Source of the DNA: Mobula hypostoma
Taxonomy: Eukaryota
Reading direction: 5' to 3'
DNA length: 64,000 bases
Assembly: GCF_963921235.1 (NCBI RefSeq)
Contig: NC_086107.1
Location: 116,934,001 to 116,998,000, forward strand
This document shows positions 49,701 through 63,800 of the stretch, piece by piece. The translations under genes and the position numbers were made by a program. Position 1 is the first letter of the stretch. Every line of letters starts with the position of its first letter. The notes below the pieces were generated by a model. It ran no database searches, had not been told where the DNA came from, and saw only the letters and a list, made by a program, of their open reading frames with translations.

Positions 49701-50951
49701 GCAGGTCGTTCTTTATGAGCCTGATTGAATTTTTTGAGAATGTGTCTAAACACATCGATGAAGGAAGAGCAGTAGATGCAGTGTGTATGGATTTCAGCAA
49801 GGCATTTGTCAAGGTATCTCATGCAAGACTTATTGAGAAAGTAAGGAGGCAAAGGGTCCAAGGGGACATTGCTTTGTGAATCCAGAACTGGCTTGCCCAC
49901 AGAAGGCAAAGAGTGGTTGTAGACGGGTAATATTCTGCATGGAGGTCAGTGACCAGTGGTGTGCCTCAGGCATCTGTCCTGGGACCCCTGTTCTTCATGA
50001 TTTTTATAAATGACCTGGATGATGAAGTGGAGGGATGGGTTAGTAAATTTGCTAATGACACAAGGTTGGGTGTTGCGGATAGTGTGGAGGGCTGTCAGAG
50101 GTTACAGCGGGACATTGATAGGATGCAAAACAGGGCTGAGAAGTGGCAGATGGAGTTTAACCCAGATAAGTGTGAGGCGGTTCATTTTGGTAGGTCAAAT
50201 ATGATGGGAGATTATAGTATTTATTGTAAAACTCTTGACAGTGTGGAGGATCAGAGGGACCTTGGGGCCCGAGTCCATAGCTCACTCAAAGCTGCTGCAC
50301 AGGTTGACTCTATGGTTAAGACAGCATATGATGGATTGGCCTTCATCAACTGAGGGCTTGAGTTTAGGAGCCGAGAGGCAATGCTGCAGCTGTATAGGAC
50401 CCTGTTCAGACCCCACTTGAAGTACTGTGCTCAGTTCTGGTCGCCTCTCTACAGGAAGGATGTGGGAACCATAGAAAGGGTGCAGAGGAGATTTACAAGT
50501 ATGCTGCCTGGATTGGGGAGCATGCCTTATGAGAATAGGTTGAGTGAACTCGGCCTTCTTCTTTGGAGCGACGGAGGATGAGAGGCGACCTGATAGGGGT
50601 GTAGAGGATGATGAGAAGCATTGATTGTGTGGATAGTCAGAGGCTCTTTCCCAGGACTGGAATGGTTAACACGAGAGGGCACAGTTTTAAGGTGCTTGGA
50701 AGTATGTACAGAGGAGATGTCAGGAGTAAGTTTTTTTTACGCAGAGAATGCTGAGTGCATGGAATGGGCTGCCGGCGATGGTGGTGGAGGTGGATACGAA
50801 TGGGTCTTTTAAGAGACTCCTGGACAGGTACATGGAGCTCAGAAAAATAGAAGGCTATGGGTAACCCGGTAATTTCTGAGGTAAGGTCATGTGTGGCACA
50901 GCTTTGTGGGCCAAAGGGCCAGTATTGGACAGTAGGTTTTCTATGTTTCTA
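46750..50951 (+). mobile_element. Near full-length CR1 LINE (subfamily B), multiple stops and frameshifts
   Basis: 5' UTR, ORF1 CAQC..CTRC plus IGDSIVRG, APE YFNARS/GDFN, RT, TTCTATGTTTCTAT tail. Confidence 0.93.
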
Positions 50952-51735
50952 TCCTTACTGAGACATGGGGCCCAAAATTGCTGACAATACTCCAAGTGGG
51001 GCCTGACTAGTGCCTTAAAAAGGCTCAGCATTATCTCCCTGCTTTTGTATTCTATTCTTGAAATAAATGCCAACATTGCCTTTGCATTCTCTACCACAGA
51101 CTCAACCTGTAAATTAATCTTCTGGGAGTCTTGCACGAGGACTCCCAAGATCCTCTGCACCTCTGTTGTTTGATCCTTTTCCCCATTTAGGTAATAGTCT
51201 GAACTATTGTTCCTTTTACCAAAATTCATTATCATTATCCACTGTATTCTGTCTGCCACATTTTTTTAACCGATTCTTCCAATTTGTCTAAGTCCTGCTG
51301 CAATTTTATTGCTTCCTCAGCACTACCTACCCCTCCACCTATCTTGTATTATCTGAAAACTTTGCCACAAAGCCACCAATTCCATGATCTGAATCATTGA
51401 TAAACAATGTGAAAAGTAGTGGTCCCAATACTGACCTCTGAGGAACACCACTAGTCAGCAGCAGCCAACCAGAAAAGGCCCATTTTGTCCCCACTTGCTG
51501 CCTCCTGCCTGTCAGCCATTCCGCTGTCCATGTACCTTTCCTATAACGCCATAGGATTTTATCTTGTTAAGCAGACTCATGTATGGCACCTGATCAAACG
51601 TCTTCTGAAAATCCGAAGAAATGATATCCACTGCCTCTCCTTTGTCCACCCTGTATTGTTACTTCCTCAAAAAACTGTAATAGATTTGTCAGGCAAGATT
51701 TCCCTTACAGAAACCATGCTGACTTTGACTTCAAT
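50952..51735 (-). mobile_element. CR1 LINE RT fragment
   Basis: Minus peptide MLAFISRIEYKSRE..KALVRPHLEYCQQFWAP. Confidence 0.75.
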
Positions 51736-51739
51736 CTAA

Positions 51740-54630
51740 AACCAGTGTATTATGCTTAAACATGGGACTACGATGGGACGAGGGAGGATTTAGCCTATGT
51801 AGACTGGGAACATAGGCTATATGGTAGGACGGTTAAGAAACGGTGGAAGATTTTCAAAGAGATTTTTCACGGTGCTCAACAAAAGTATCTTCCAGTTAAA
51901 AACAAGGACAGTAAGACTGGGGAGAGCCAGCCTTGGATAACTAAGAAAATAAGGAAGGCATCAGACTAAAAGCTCGTGCGTACAAAGTCGCCGAGTGTCG
52001 TGGGAGACTGAAAGATTGGGACAACTTTAAAAAGCAACAAAGAATCACTAAGCGAGCAAGGGAAGCTTGATTATGAAAATAACCCAGCATAAAATATAAA
52101 AATTAATTGTAAGCATTTTTACAATTATATAAAACGGTAAAGGTTGGCTAAAGTGAATGTGGGTCCCTTGGAGGACGAGAAGGGGGTATTGATATTGGGT
52201 AATGAGGAAATGGCAGAGGCTTTGAATGACTAATTTGTGTTAGTCTTCACAGTGGAGGACACATGTAACATGCCAGAGAGAGATGTTATGGATGCGATGG
52301 GAGTTGAGGACCTCAATATAATAGCTAACCCTAAAGAAGTAGTGCTGAGCAAACTTGTGGGCCTAAAGATAGACAAGTCCCCTGGTCCTGATGGAATGCA
52401 TCCCAAGATAGCAAAAGAAATGGCAGAAGTTATAGGAGAGCTTTGGTAATAATTTACCATTGGACTCTGGGCAGGTCCCGGCAGATTAGAAGATGGTGAA
52501 TGTCATGCCACTGTTCAACAAAGAATGTAGGCAAAAGGCAGGTAACTATAGGTCAGTTAATTTAACATCTGTCATTGGGAAAATGCTTGAAGCTATCATT
52601 AAAGAAGAAATAGCGAGGCTTCTGGAAAGAAATGGATCCATCAGGCAGACGCAGCATGGATTCAGCAAAGGCAGGTCCTGTTTGACAAACTTACTGGAGT
52701 TCTCTGAGGATATAATGAGTGCAGTGGATAGAGGGGAACAGATGGATGTTATTTACTTGGATTTCCAGAAGGCATTTGATAAGGTAGTGCATAAAGGACT
52801 TATCCATAAGATAAGGATGCATAGAGTTGGGGTGATATATTTGCATGGATAGAGGATTGGTTAACTAACAGAAAGCAGAGAGTTGGGATACATGGGTGTT
52901 ACGCTGGTTGGCGATCAGTGGTGAATGGTGTGCTGCAGGGGTCACTGCTGGGCCTGCAACTGTTCACGATATACATTCATGATCTGGAAGAGGGGCCAAG
53001 TGTAGTGTATGTAAGTTTGCTGATGTTACTAGTGTAAGGGGGATTCGACTTTTATGTTACTGCAGAGGCTAATCAAAATGGAGTCTTTGTTATGTTAATG
53101 TGGGGAATGCAGCTTTGTTGTGTTAAATGCTGAGAAAGTTTGCGTTAGCAACTTATTTTGGTTTAGAGTGTGATAAGAGGATACTATTAACCAATTGGGA
53201 TAGTTGTTATGCTTTTGGTGTATTTGAAGATACTGTATGCGCGGGGTTTTGGGGCAGAAGGCGGGAGAGCGAGACAGAGGATGGACGAGGTGCTGAGATG
53301 TCCATTAACGGGGTTGGACCCCGAGGAGGGCGTTCGGCGAGGAGACAGAAACGGACCCGTGTGGACCGTCTGGTCGACTACCGTTGGTGGTCCCAGGCGG
53401 CCGGTCGAGGTGGTCCGAGGGGTCGCAGGGTGAAGAAGAAGGTCCTTGAGCTCCAACTGTTTTGTGCACGAAGAGATCGAACTTTGATAAGTGTGGCACC
53501 TTTTATTTTCCTTTTATATTTTATTCTTTCTTAATTATATAGTTCCAGTAATATCTATAAACTGAAAATCATTTAATTGCATCTGGTGTATTGTCTGTTA
53601 TTTGGGCGGGGTGGGGTACCTCACACAGCATCCACACAAACTCATTACCCAGTTTGGCGGGGCCGAGGCTGTTTCCTGAGACAACAGTGAGCTGAGTGAC
53701 CCTGAGGGTGGCCAGGGGGGGTTACACTAAATTGAGTGGAAAAGCAAATTGTGCAGAAGATGCAGAGAGTCTGCAGAGAGATAAATAGGTTAAGTGAGTA
53801 GGCGAGGGCTTGGCAGATGAGTACAATGCTGGTAGATGCAAGTTTATCCACTTTGGAAGGAAAAATGAAAGAGCAGATTATTATTTAAATGGTAAAAGAT
53901 TGCAGCATGCTGCTATGCAGAGGGACTTGGGAGCGCTTGTGCATGAATCACAAAAGGTTGGTTTGCAAGTGCAGGAGGCTATCGAGAAGGCAAGTGGAAT
54001 GTTAGCCTTCATTGTGAGAGGGGTTGAATTTAAGAGCAGGAAGGTTATGCTGCAACTGTACAGGGTACTGGTGAAGCCGCACCTGGAGTACTGCGTGCAG
54101 TTCTGGTCTCCTTACTTGAGGAAAAATATACTGGCTTTGGAGGCGGTGCAAAGGAGGTTCCAGAGATGAGGGGGTTAGACTATGGGGAGAGTTTGAGTCA
54201 CCTGGTACTGTACTTTCTGGAATTCAGAAGAATGAGAGGAGATCTTATACAAACATAAAATTATGAAAGGGATAGATAAGATAGATGCAGAAAATTTGTT
54301 TCCACTGATAGGTGAGACTAGAACTAGGTGATATATTCTCAAGATTCGGGGGAGTGGAGTTTGGATGGAAATGAGGAGGAACTGCTTTTCCCAAAGAGTA
54401 GTGAATCTTTGGAATTCTCTGCCCAGTGATGCAGTGGAGGCTACCTCTGTAAATATACTTAAGACAGGGTTGTATCGATTTTTGCATCGTAGGGGAATTA
54501 AGGGTTATGGAGAAAAGGCAGGTGGGTGGAGATAAGCCCATAGCCAGACCAGCCATGATCTTATTGAATGGCGGAGCGGGCTCAGTGGGCCAGAAAGCCT
54601 ACTCCTGACCCTATTTCTTATGTTCGTATG
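51740..54630 (+). mobile_element. CR1 LINE ORF2, degenerate, split by a solo LTR
   Basis: [61 protein letters not shown] tail. Confidence 0.85.
53033..53726. mobile_element. Solo LTR, 694 bp
   Basis: TGTAA...TTACA termini, TSD CTAG/CTAA; interrupts the CR1 FADD-TKL codons. Confidence 0.8.
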
Positions 54631-54829
54631 ACTTATTTTATCATTAGTGGCCAAGTACCTTGAAACTTCATCTTTAATAATAGGCCAACACGTTCCCAAC
54701 CATTGAGTTTCGGCTAACTAGCCTATAATTGCCTTTGTTGTGTCTTCCTCCCTTCTTAAAGTGTGGAGAGACATTTGCAATCCTGCAGTGCTCCAGGGAT
54801 GAATGTTGGTATGGGAGAAAGCAACTGGT

Positions 54830-55135
54830 ATATGGAGAGGGAGAAATGGAAAGAGACAGTGCAAGAGTGAGAGAGTAAAGAGAGAAAGAGAGAGAGAGAG
54901 AGAGAAGAGAAAAGGAGAGTGAAAGACAGGAACGGAGAGAGCGGATTGGAAAGAGGGTTAGAGATAAGGAGGGAGAGGGTTCACGGGAAAGGAATTGAGA
55001 AGTAAAGGAGAATAGTGATGGGCAAACGAACATGGTGTGGATCTGGGGCCTTCACTGCATGGTAGTGTGAGAGAGAGTGAGCCAGCGAGACAGAGAACAG
55101 AGAGCACGTGCTGTGTGTGTGTCTGTCTGTGTCTA
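54830..55135. repeat. GA-rich low-complexity and (GT)n microsatellite region
   Basis: Long imperfect (GA)n purine tract followed by short GT repeats. Confidence 0.7.
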
Positions 55136-55703
55136 CGCTCCAGCTGTGCCCTGACCAAAGTTTTAAACAGTTGCAAAATGACCTCCGATGCATGAACACA
55201 AGTGTTCCGTATGCTTTCTTTACCACCCATATTTCTTCTTCACTGGAATACATCTCCACTGAGATTAACAGTACACTTTAAACATCCTTTCAATATTCAT
55301 CTTTTAAAATTTGTTTTCTTTCCATCTCCCTCATTTCCCTCTCCACTTCGGCACACTCCAATTATTGAACCATTTTAAAGTCTGTTTCTTTTAGCCTCAG
55401 GTTAGTCAATCTCAAACTGAATCTGAAACACACATCCATGTTGTCAACGCTTTTCCTCACAGGCGATAGAAGCAACATGTGATCACTTGAGCCCTGCACG
55501 TCAGGGAGGGAGTGGAATGTATGCACACGCCGGGGTCCTTGTCTCTACATGCCCTGCTGCACGCTTGGGTAGGTGAGTATGCACAGACAAATACATACAG
55601 ATACACAGACCAGGGTGTTTCAACTTGATTCATCAAACATGGACCAAGGTAGATGGAGAAGACTGTTCCTCCCCCATACAGATACATACCCACAACCCCT
55701 AAC

Positions 55704-55955
55704 CTAGAAGTCACTAGGTCCCAAGGAAGGCTCCGGTGTGGTAAAAGATCTGGACTCGGGGCCACTGCCCAGCTCGGGGAGAACCTTCATGGAGAAATCA
55801 ATGGCGGTCAGCCGCTGTGTGAAGGCTCCCAGAGAGATTACATTGATGTGAGGACTGAGGTAAAGGGGTAAGTTATCCTGAGTGATTCCACCACTGGCTT
55901 CGATCAACAGCCCCGGGAACTCTTCCTTCAGGGCCCTGGCTGCTTCCTGCAATTC
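55704..55955 (-). CDS. qprt: Quinolinate phosphoribosyltransferase, last coding exon
   Basis: CACAG acceptor; ELQEAARALKEEFPGLLIEASGGITQDNL..VISLGAFTQ..DFSMK; TAG stop. Confidence 0.92.
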   Translation of the reverse strand, partial: ELQEAARALKEEFPGLLIEASGGITQDNLPLYLSPHINVISLGAFTQRLTAIDFSMKVLPELGSGPESRSFTTPEPSLGPSDF

Positions 55956-56538
55956 CTGTGTGGAGAAGTAGAGGTCAGCACTGAGTTCTAAATGTCCCTT
56001 CTACTACTTAACCCCTCTTTTGTGAATAACCTGCCCCTTTACATCTTTCTCCTCTCACTAGTGTTCTCATACTTGGAGGAAAGTAATTGTGACCACCCAG
56101 CTGATCTTTGCCACTCAGATAAACTCATCGACCTCCTTAGCTCTAGGGAAAACTGTCAGACGTAATTGAGTTGCTGTATCTCAAGCTCTGCAGTCCCAGT
56201 AATGTTCTGTATTTCTGCACCTTCTCCAACTGAATCACATCCTTCCTATAGCTGCACAGCCAGAACTACACATAATACTCCCTGCAGTCCAGGCAGCATA
56301 CTGTACCAGTCCCAGTAGCACAGTGTAGGATGTCACAACTTCTGCACTGAGTCCTGAGTCCACTGTCCGATGAAAGCAAGCATGCAGCATCACTATGAGA
56401 CAGGCTCACTCATGCACACACTCAGTCACATGGGCACTCTCACATGCAATCACAGACACACACACACACACACACACACCCACCCGCAAACACATTCACA
56501 CAGGAAGAAACGTAGCACTGACCGCAAGTCCCACTGAC

Positions 56539-56670
56539 CTGTGGAGGAAAGTTATCCAGCATCACGATGTCAGATCCAGCCAGAGCAGCCTGGCGTGCCT
56601 CATCCAGCGAGCGAGCCTCCACCTCGATCTTGTTATAGATGCCTGCGATCACCCGGGCTTGTTTCACTCC
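56539..56670 (-). CDS. qprt: Quinolinate phosphoribosyltransferase, middle coding exon (132 bp)
   Basis: CCCAG acceptor, GTCAGT donor, phase 0; KIEVEARSLDEARQA..DIVMLDNF. Confidence 0.92.
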
Positions 56671-57264
56671 CTGGGAACGCCGAGGAAAGGACAGTTTGTT
56701 GGCTGACCAGTCCAGCTCACATCTCCCCTCTCCCACTAGTTATGGATGAGCTCAACTGCCTGTAAACTAGTGACTACTCATTCCTGCTCCATGTCACAGC
56801 AACACCCTTGGTTGTGTACCTCTCCATCTGACCACTGTTACCCCGAGTAGAGGGAACACCTAGAACCCTGCAGCGGGGGGAATGGAACCATCCAGCCCCA
56901 GGCTACCCCAGTAGCGAGTAACATCAACCTGGTTTTCTGGATAACGCTTGCTATCCCACGTTTCTAGGTAACAATATTTCTTCCAGTAGGTTATTCATGT
57001 TATAGACAAACATCCTACCCCTGGTTACCAGGGCAAGGAATAGGATCTGCCAGCCCCTACCTAGTTACCCACTTAACCAACCACAGCCTCCCAAGATTAC
57101 CTGGGCAAAGAGTCTACCAGCCACAGGTCCCCATTACCTACAACTTAAGGTGCTGCCTACCCTGTTAACCGAGGTCATAAGAAACATGTCCCCTTAGCTA
57201 ACATGGTAAACATGGCACCTGCATCTCACCATTCTGAATATTTTTATGTGCATGATAAGTTTTT

Positions 57265-59515
57265 ATCTGCAAGTTGAGAGGGATAAGGGCAGATCAGAAG
57301 TGTCAATATTGCAGTTGAACAAAGGAGACTATGGAGCCGTGAGGGAGGAGCTGGCCAAAGTTGACTGGTCGGATATCCTAGCAGAAAAGACAGTGGAACA
57401 GCAATGGCAGGTATTCTTGGGAATAATGCACAAGGTGCAAAATCAGTTCATCCCCTGGAGAAGGAAGGATTCAAAGGGGGGAAAGTGGCCACAGTGGTTG
57501 ACAAAGGAAGTCAGAGATAGCAAAGCATTAAAAAAGTAGAAGTATAACAGAGCTAAGGTGAGTAGGAAGACGGATGATTGGGAAATTTTTAAGGAGCAAC
57601 AGAACTTAACTAAAAAGGCAATACGGGGAGAAAAAATGAGGTATGAACGCAAGCTAGCTAGGAATACAAAGGAGGATAGCAAAAGTTTTTTTAGGTATGT
57701 GAAGAGAAGGAAGATAGTTAAGAACAATGTTGGGCCCTTGAAGAATGAATTGGGAGAAATTGTTATGGGAAACAGAGAAATGGCAGACGAATTTAATAAG
57801 TACTTTGGATCTGTCTTCACAGGGAAGACACAAGCAATCTCCCAGATGTATGGATGGACCAAGGACATAGGGTAACAGAGGAACTGAAACAGATTGCCAT
57901 TAGGAAGGAAAGGTGATGAGTAGACTGATGGGACTGAAGGCTAACAAATCCCCAGGTCCAGATGGTCTGCATCCTAGGGTTCTAAAGGAGGTGGCTCTGG
58001 AAATTGCGGATGCATTGGTGATCATTTTCCAATGTTCCTTAGATTCAGGATCAGTTCCTGATGATTGGCGAATGGCTAATGTTATCCCACTTTTAAGAAA
58101 GGAGGGAGGGAGAAAACAGAGAACTATCACCCTGTTAGCCTAACATCAGTAATGGGGAAGATGCTAGAGTCCATTATTAAAGATGAAATAGCGGCATATC
58201 TTGATAGCACTGATAGGATTGGGCCGAGCCAGCATGGATTTACCAAGGGCAAATCATGCTTGACTAATCTATTGGAGTTTTTCGAGGATGTAACCAGGAA
58301 GATAGCTGCGGGAGATCCAGTGGATGTGGTGTACCTTGACTTTCAGAAGGCATTTGATAAGGTACCACATAGGAGATTGGTAGGTAAAATCAGAGCTCAT
58401 GGCATTGCGGGGAGGATATTGACATGGATAGAAAACTGGTTGGCAGATAGAAAGCAAAGGGTAGCAGTGAATGGGTGTTTCTCGGAATGGCAGGTGGTGA
58501 CTAGTGGGGTGCCACAGGGCTCGGTATTGGGACCACAGCTGTTTACGATTTACATCAATGATTTAGAGGAAGGCATTGTGAATAACATCAGCAAGTTTGC
58601 TGATGATACTAAGCTGGGTGGCAGTGTGACATGTGATGAGGATGTTAGGAGAATTCAAGGTGACTTTGATAGGCTGGGTGAGTGGGCAGAAACTTGACAG
58701 ATGGCGTTTAATGTGAATAAGTGTGAGGTTATTCACTTTGGGAGCAAGAACAGGAAGGCAGATTATTATCTGAACGGTGTGGAGTTAGGTAAGGGAGAAA
58801 TACAAAGGAGTACTTGTTCATCAGTCTCTGAAGGTGAATGAGCAAGTGCAGCAGGCAGTGAAGAAGGCTAATGGAATGTTGGCCTTTATTACAAAGGGAA
58901 TTGAGTACAAGAGCAAGGAAATCCTTTTGCATTTGTACAGGGCCTTGGTGAGACCACACCTGGAGTATTGTGTGCAGTTTTGGTCTCCAGGGTTAAGGAA
59001 GGACATCCTGGCTGTGGAGGAGGTGCAGCGTAGGTTCACTAGGTTAATTCCTGGGATGTCTGGACTGTCTTACGCAGAGAGGTTAGAGAGACTGGACTTG
59101 TACACGCTGGAATTAAGGAGATTGCAGGGGGATCTGATTGAGACATATAAGATTATTAAGGGGTTGGACAAGATAGAGGCAGGAATTATGTTCCTGATGC
59201 TGGGAGAGTCCAGTACCAGAGGGCATGGTTTAAGAATAAGGGGTAGGTCATTTAGGACAGAGTTGAGGAGGAACTTCTTCTCCCAGAGAGTTGTGGAGGT
59301 GTGGAACGCACTGCCTCAGAAGGCAGTGGAGGCCAATTCTCTGGATGCTTTCAAGAAGGAGCTAGATAAGTATCTTATGGATAGGGGAATCAAGGGTTAT
59401 GGGGACAAGGCAGGGACCAGGTATTGATAGTAGATGATCAGCCATGATCTCAGAATGGCGGTGCAGGCTCGAAGGGCCGAATGGTCTGCTTCTGCACCTA
59501 TTGTCTATTGTCTAT
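57265..59515 (+). mobile_element. CR1 LINE, 5'-truncated, antisense within a qprt intron
   Basis: RT ORFs 58152-58697 and 58834-59427; (CTATTGT)n tail. Confidence 0.9.
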
Positions 59516-59981
59516 TTTACATTCTCACTCCCTCCCCAAGGGAAAAACAGCATAAACCCCATTACCAGGGAAATAATGCATTTTGTTCCTGGTTACCTAG
59601 GCATCCTCTTACACAGACCACAGTTACAGAGAAAACTATCCTTCCTGAGCCCAATTGCCCAGCAACAAACTACCTAGGCTCCAGTTAGAGTGGAAACAAC
59701 AGCCACACCCCATGCACAGTCAGATAACCAACCCCCTAGTCCCCAAGCAACAGCCGGTGACCTTGTTACCCAGGCAACCAAGCACTTATTTGTAAGTAAA
59801 CAAAGATACAAACCCAGCTTCTGGTCATCATGCCTAGGCTCCAGTACAAAGGCAAAACAACCAGTCCCCTTACTAGTTAAACAGTCACCCATTTAATCCT
59901 GAGTAACCTAGAATACACCAGACTTTCGGTTACCGAAGCAACCAAACACACAGTCACCACTTAACACCCATCACCAGTTAC

Positions 59982-60533
59982 CTTAGCAATGTCGCCGACC
60001 ACCACCATGTGGTTGTCCTTGAGCATGATCAGGTCTCCAAGGCTGTAACGGTGGGTATCCACTCCGCCCACTACCATGGCATGCTTCTCCACCAGCCGAA
60101 AGCCAGGGGTAGTCTTGCGGGTGCCTGCCAGCCGCCCACCCCAACCTAGGGAGTACACTAGCTCTTGGGCAGAGCGGCAGGAGGTAGCAATCCCACTGGC
60201 TCGTCCAAGAACATTGAGGGCAACTCTCTCGGCCAGCAGCAGGGCCCGTGCCGGGCCCCAGATATGGGCCACAGTGCAGACAGGCTCCAGGTGCTCCCCG
60301 TCCCGTTTCAGCCAGTGGAATCGACAACCAGTCTCCTGGAAGATGGCCTGAGCGAAGGGCGAACCAGCTAACACCCCGGGAGACTTGAGAAGGAGGGCGG
60401 CTCCCACTGACCTTTCCCCCACTACAGCCCCTGCCCAGTCCAGCTGGTGAGAGTCCTCCAGCAACCACTGGTGTGCTAGGCTACGCAGGGAATGAGGCGG
60501 CAAGAGATGAGCTGGGTCCGACATTGTTTCCAT
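59982..60533 (-). CDS. qprt: Quinolinate phosphoribosyltransferase, first large coding exon (184 codons)
   Basis: ACCATGG Kozak; WLLED, AERVALN, SGIAT, GTRKTTPG.RLVEK, HR..L, MLKDNH catalytic motifs; AAG|GTAAC donor; the three exons join to 311 aa. Confidence 0.93.
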
Positions 60534-60865
60534 GGTTGGTAAGCTCTGCGAAGTGTGCAGATAAGGAGGATTAGAGGGTGTTGGCATTTTGTGGAAGTCA
60601 ATGATTGGGCACCAGATGTGTTTTATGGGTGAATGGAGGGAGAGGGAGAATTAAAAGGGGGTGGGAGATAGGGAGGAGGCAACCTGTGTACCTCCTAGGT
60701 ACAGAGGGAGAGGGCAGGTTAAAGGATTTGGCATCAGTGCGGGAGCTCTGGGATGTTTTCCCGGGTAGAGGAAGTGAGATAGGATGGAGATGGTGGTAGT
60801 TACTGAGGAGGCCGAGCTGTGTAAGCTGGATACAGCATGGATGAGAGGAATGGTTACCGGGAGTG

Positions 60866-63800
60866 GGTGACTTATATTTAATATTTCAATAATATTTGAG
60901 TAATCTTATATATGTATTGTTTGATTAAGCATCACTTGCTTAAATAATTAATTATAAGTTGTATGTAAAATTATGTAAATTGCATACGTCATCACGCTAA
61001 CAAGCGATATTGCACACCTCGCTTGAAGTAAAGATGAAGTACATCTGTATTCCTGGGTCTTCCTTTGAATTAATTTAATGTTACAGGAGAATAGAAAACC
61101 TACAGCACAATACAGGCCCTTCAGCCCACAAAGCTGTGCCGAACATGTCCTTACCTTAGAACTACCCGGGCTTACCCATAGCCCTCCATTTTTCTAAGCT
61201 TCATATATCCATCCAGGAGTCTCTTAAAAGACCCTGTCATTTCCGCCTCCACCACCCTGCCAGCAGCCCATTCCACGCACTCACCACTCTCTGCAAAAAA
61301 AACTTACCCGTGACATTTCCTGTGTACCAACTTCCAAGCACCTTAAAACTATGCTGTCTCGTGCTAGTCATTTCAGCCCTGGGAAAACGCCTCTGACTAT
61401 CCACACAATCAATGCCTTTCATTATCTTGTACACCTCTATCAGGTCACCTCCGATCCTCCATCGCTCCAAGGAGAAAAGGCAGAGTTCACTCAACTTATT
61501 CTCATAAGGCATGCTCCCCAATCCAGGCAACATCCTTGTAAATGTCCTCTGCACCCTTTCTATGGTTTCCACGTCTTTCCTGTGGTGAGGTGACCAGAAC
61601 TGAGCACAGTACTCCAAGTAGGGCCTGACCAGGGTCCTATATAGTTGCAACATTACCTCTTGGCTCTAAAACTCAATTTCACGATTGATGAAGGCCAACG
61701 CACCGTATGCCCTCTAAACCACAGAATCAACCCGTGTAGCAGCTTTGAGTGTCCTATGGACTCGGATCCCAAGATCCGTCTGATCCTCCATACTGCCAAG
61801 AGTCTTGCCATTAATGCTATATTCTACCATCATATTTGATCTACCAAAATGAACTAGCTCACATATATCTGGGTTGAACTCCATCTGCCACTTCTCCGGC
61901 CAGTTTTGCATCCTATCAATGTCCCGCTGTAACCTCCACACTATCCACAACACCCCCAAACTTTGTGTCATCAGCAAATTTACAAACCCATCTCTCCAGT
62001 TCGTCATCCAGGTCATTTATAAAAATCACAAAGAGTAGGGGTCCCAGAACAGATCCCTGAGGCACACCACTGGTCACTGGCCTCCATGCAGAATATGACC
62101 CATCTACAACCACTCTTTGTCTTCTGTGGGCAAGCCAGTTCTGGATCCACAAAGCAATATCCCCTTGGATCTCATGCCTCCTTACTTTCTCAATAAGCCT
62201 TGCATGGGGTACCTTATCAAATGCCTTGCTAAAATCCATATACACTGCATCTACAACCCTAACCTTCATCAGTGTTTAGTCACATCCTTAAAAAATTCAA
62301 TCAGACTCGTAAGGCACGACCTGCCCTTGACAAAGCCAGGCTGACTATTCCTAATCATATTATGTCTCTCCAAATGCTCATAAATCCTGCCTCTCAGGAT
62401 CTTCTCCATCAACTTACCAATCACTGAAATAAGACTCACTGGTCTATAATTTCCTGGGCTATCCCTACTCCCTTTCTTATATAAGGGAACAACATCTACA
62501 ACCCTCCAATCCTTTGGAACCTCTCCCATCCTCACTGATGATGCAAAGATCATTGCCAGAGGCTCAGCAATCTCCTCCCTCGTCTCCCACAGTAGCCTGG
62601 GGTATATCCCACCCAGTCCCAGTGACTTATCCAACTTGATGCTCTCCAAAAGCTCCAGGACATCCTCTACCTTAATATCTACATGCTCAAGCTCTTCAGT
62701 CTACTGCAAGTCATCCCTACAATTGCCAAGATCCTTTTCCGTAGTGGATACTGAAGCAAAGTATGCATTAAGTACCTCTGCTATCTCCTCCGGTTCCATA
62801 CACACTTTTCCACTGTCACACTTGATTGGTCCTATTCTCTCATCTCTTATCCTTTTGCTCTTTACATACTTGTAGAATGCCTTGGGATTTTCCTTAATCC
62901 TGTCCGCCAAGGCCTTCTCATGGCCCCTTTTGGCTCTCCTAATTTCATTCTTAATCTCCTTCCTGCTAGCCTTATAATCTTCTAGATCTCTATCATTACC
63001 TAGTTTTTTGAACCTTTTGTAAGCTCTTCTTTTCTTCTTCACTAGATTTACAACAGCCTCTGTACACCACGGTTCCTGTACCCTACCATCCTTTCCCTGT
63101 CTCATTGTATGTACGCAGAACCTCACAAGATTATCCCCTGAACATTTGCCACATTTCTTCCGTACATTTCCCTGAGAACATCTGTTTCCAATTTATGCTT
63201 CCAAGTTCCTTCCTGATAGCCTCACATTTTTCCTTACTCCAATTAAACATTTCCCTAACTTGTCTGTTCCTTTCCCTCTCCAATGCTACGGTAAAGGAGA
63301 TAGAATTGTGATCACTATCTCCAAAATGCTCTCCCACTGAGAGACCTGACACCTGACCAGGTTCATTTCCCAATACCAGATCAAGTAGGCTTATCTACAT
63401 ATGGTGTCAAGAAACCTTCCCAAACACACCTAACAAACTCCACCCCATCTATATCCCTCACTCTAGGGAGATGCCAATCAATATTTGGGAAATTAAAATC
63501 TCTCACCCTGTTATTATTATTCCTTTCCAGAATCTGATCAACAGTGCCATGCCCCCACCTCTTTTGCCTCCTTCCCTGTCCTTTCTGAAACATCTAAAAC
63601 TTGGCACTTGAAGTAGCCATTCCTGTCCCTGCAGAATCCAAGTCCCTGTAATGCCACAACATCATAGCTCCAGGTGCTGATCCACTCTCTAAGCTCATCC
63701 GCTTTATTCATAATACTCCTCATATTAAAATAGGCACATCTCAAACCATCAGTCCGAGTGCCTACCTTCTCTATCACCTGCCTATCCTCCCTTTCGCACT

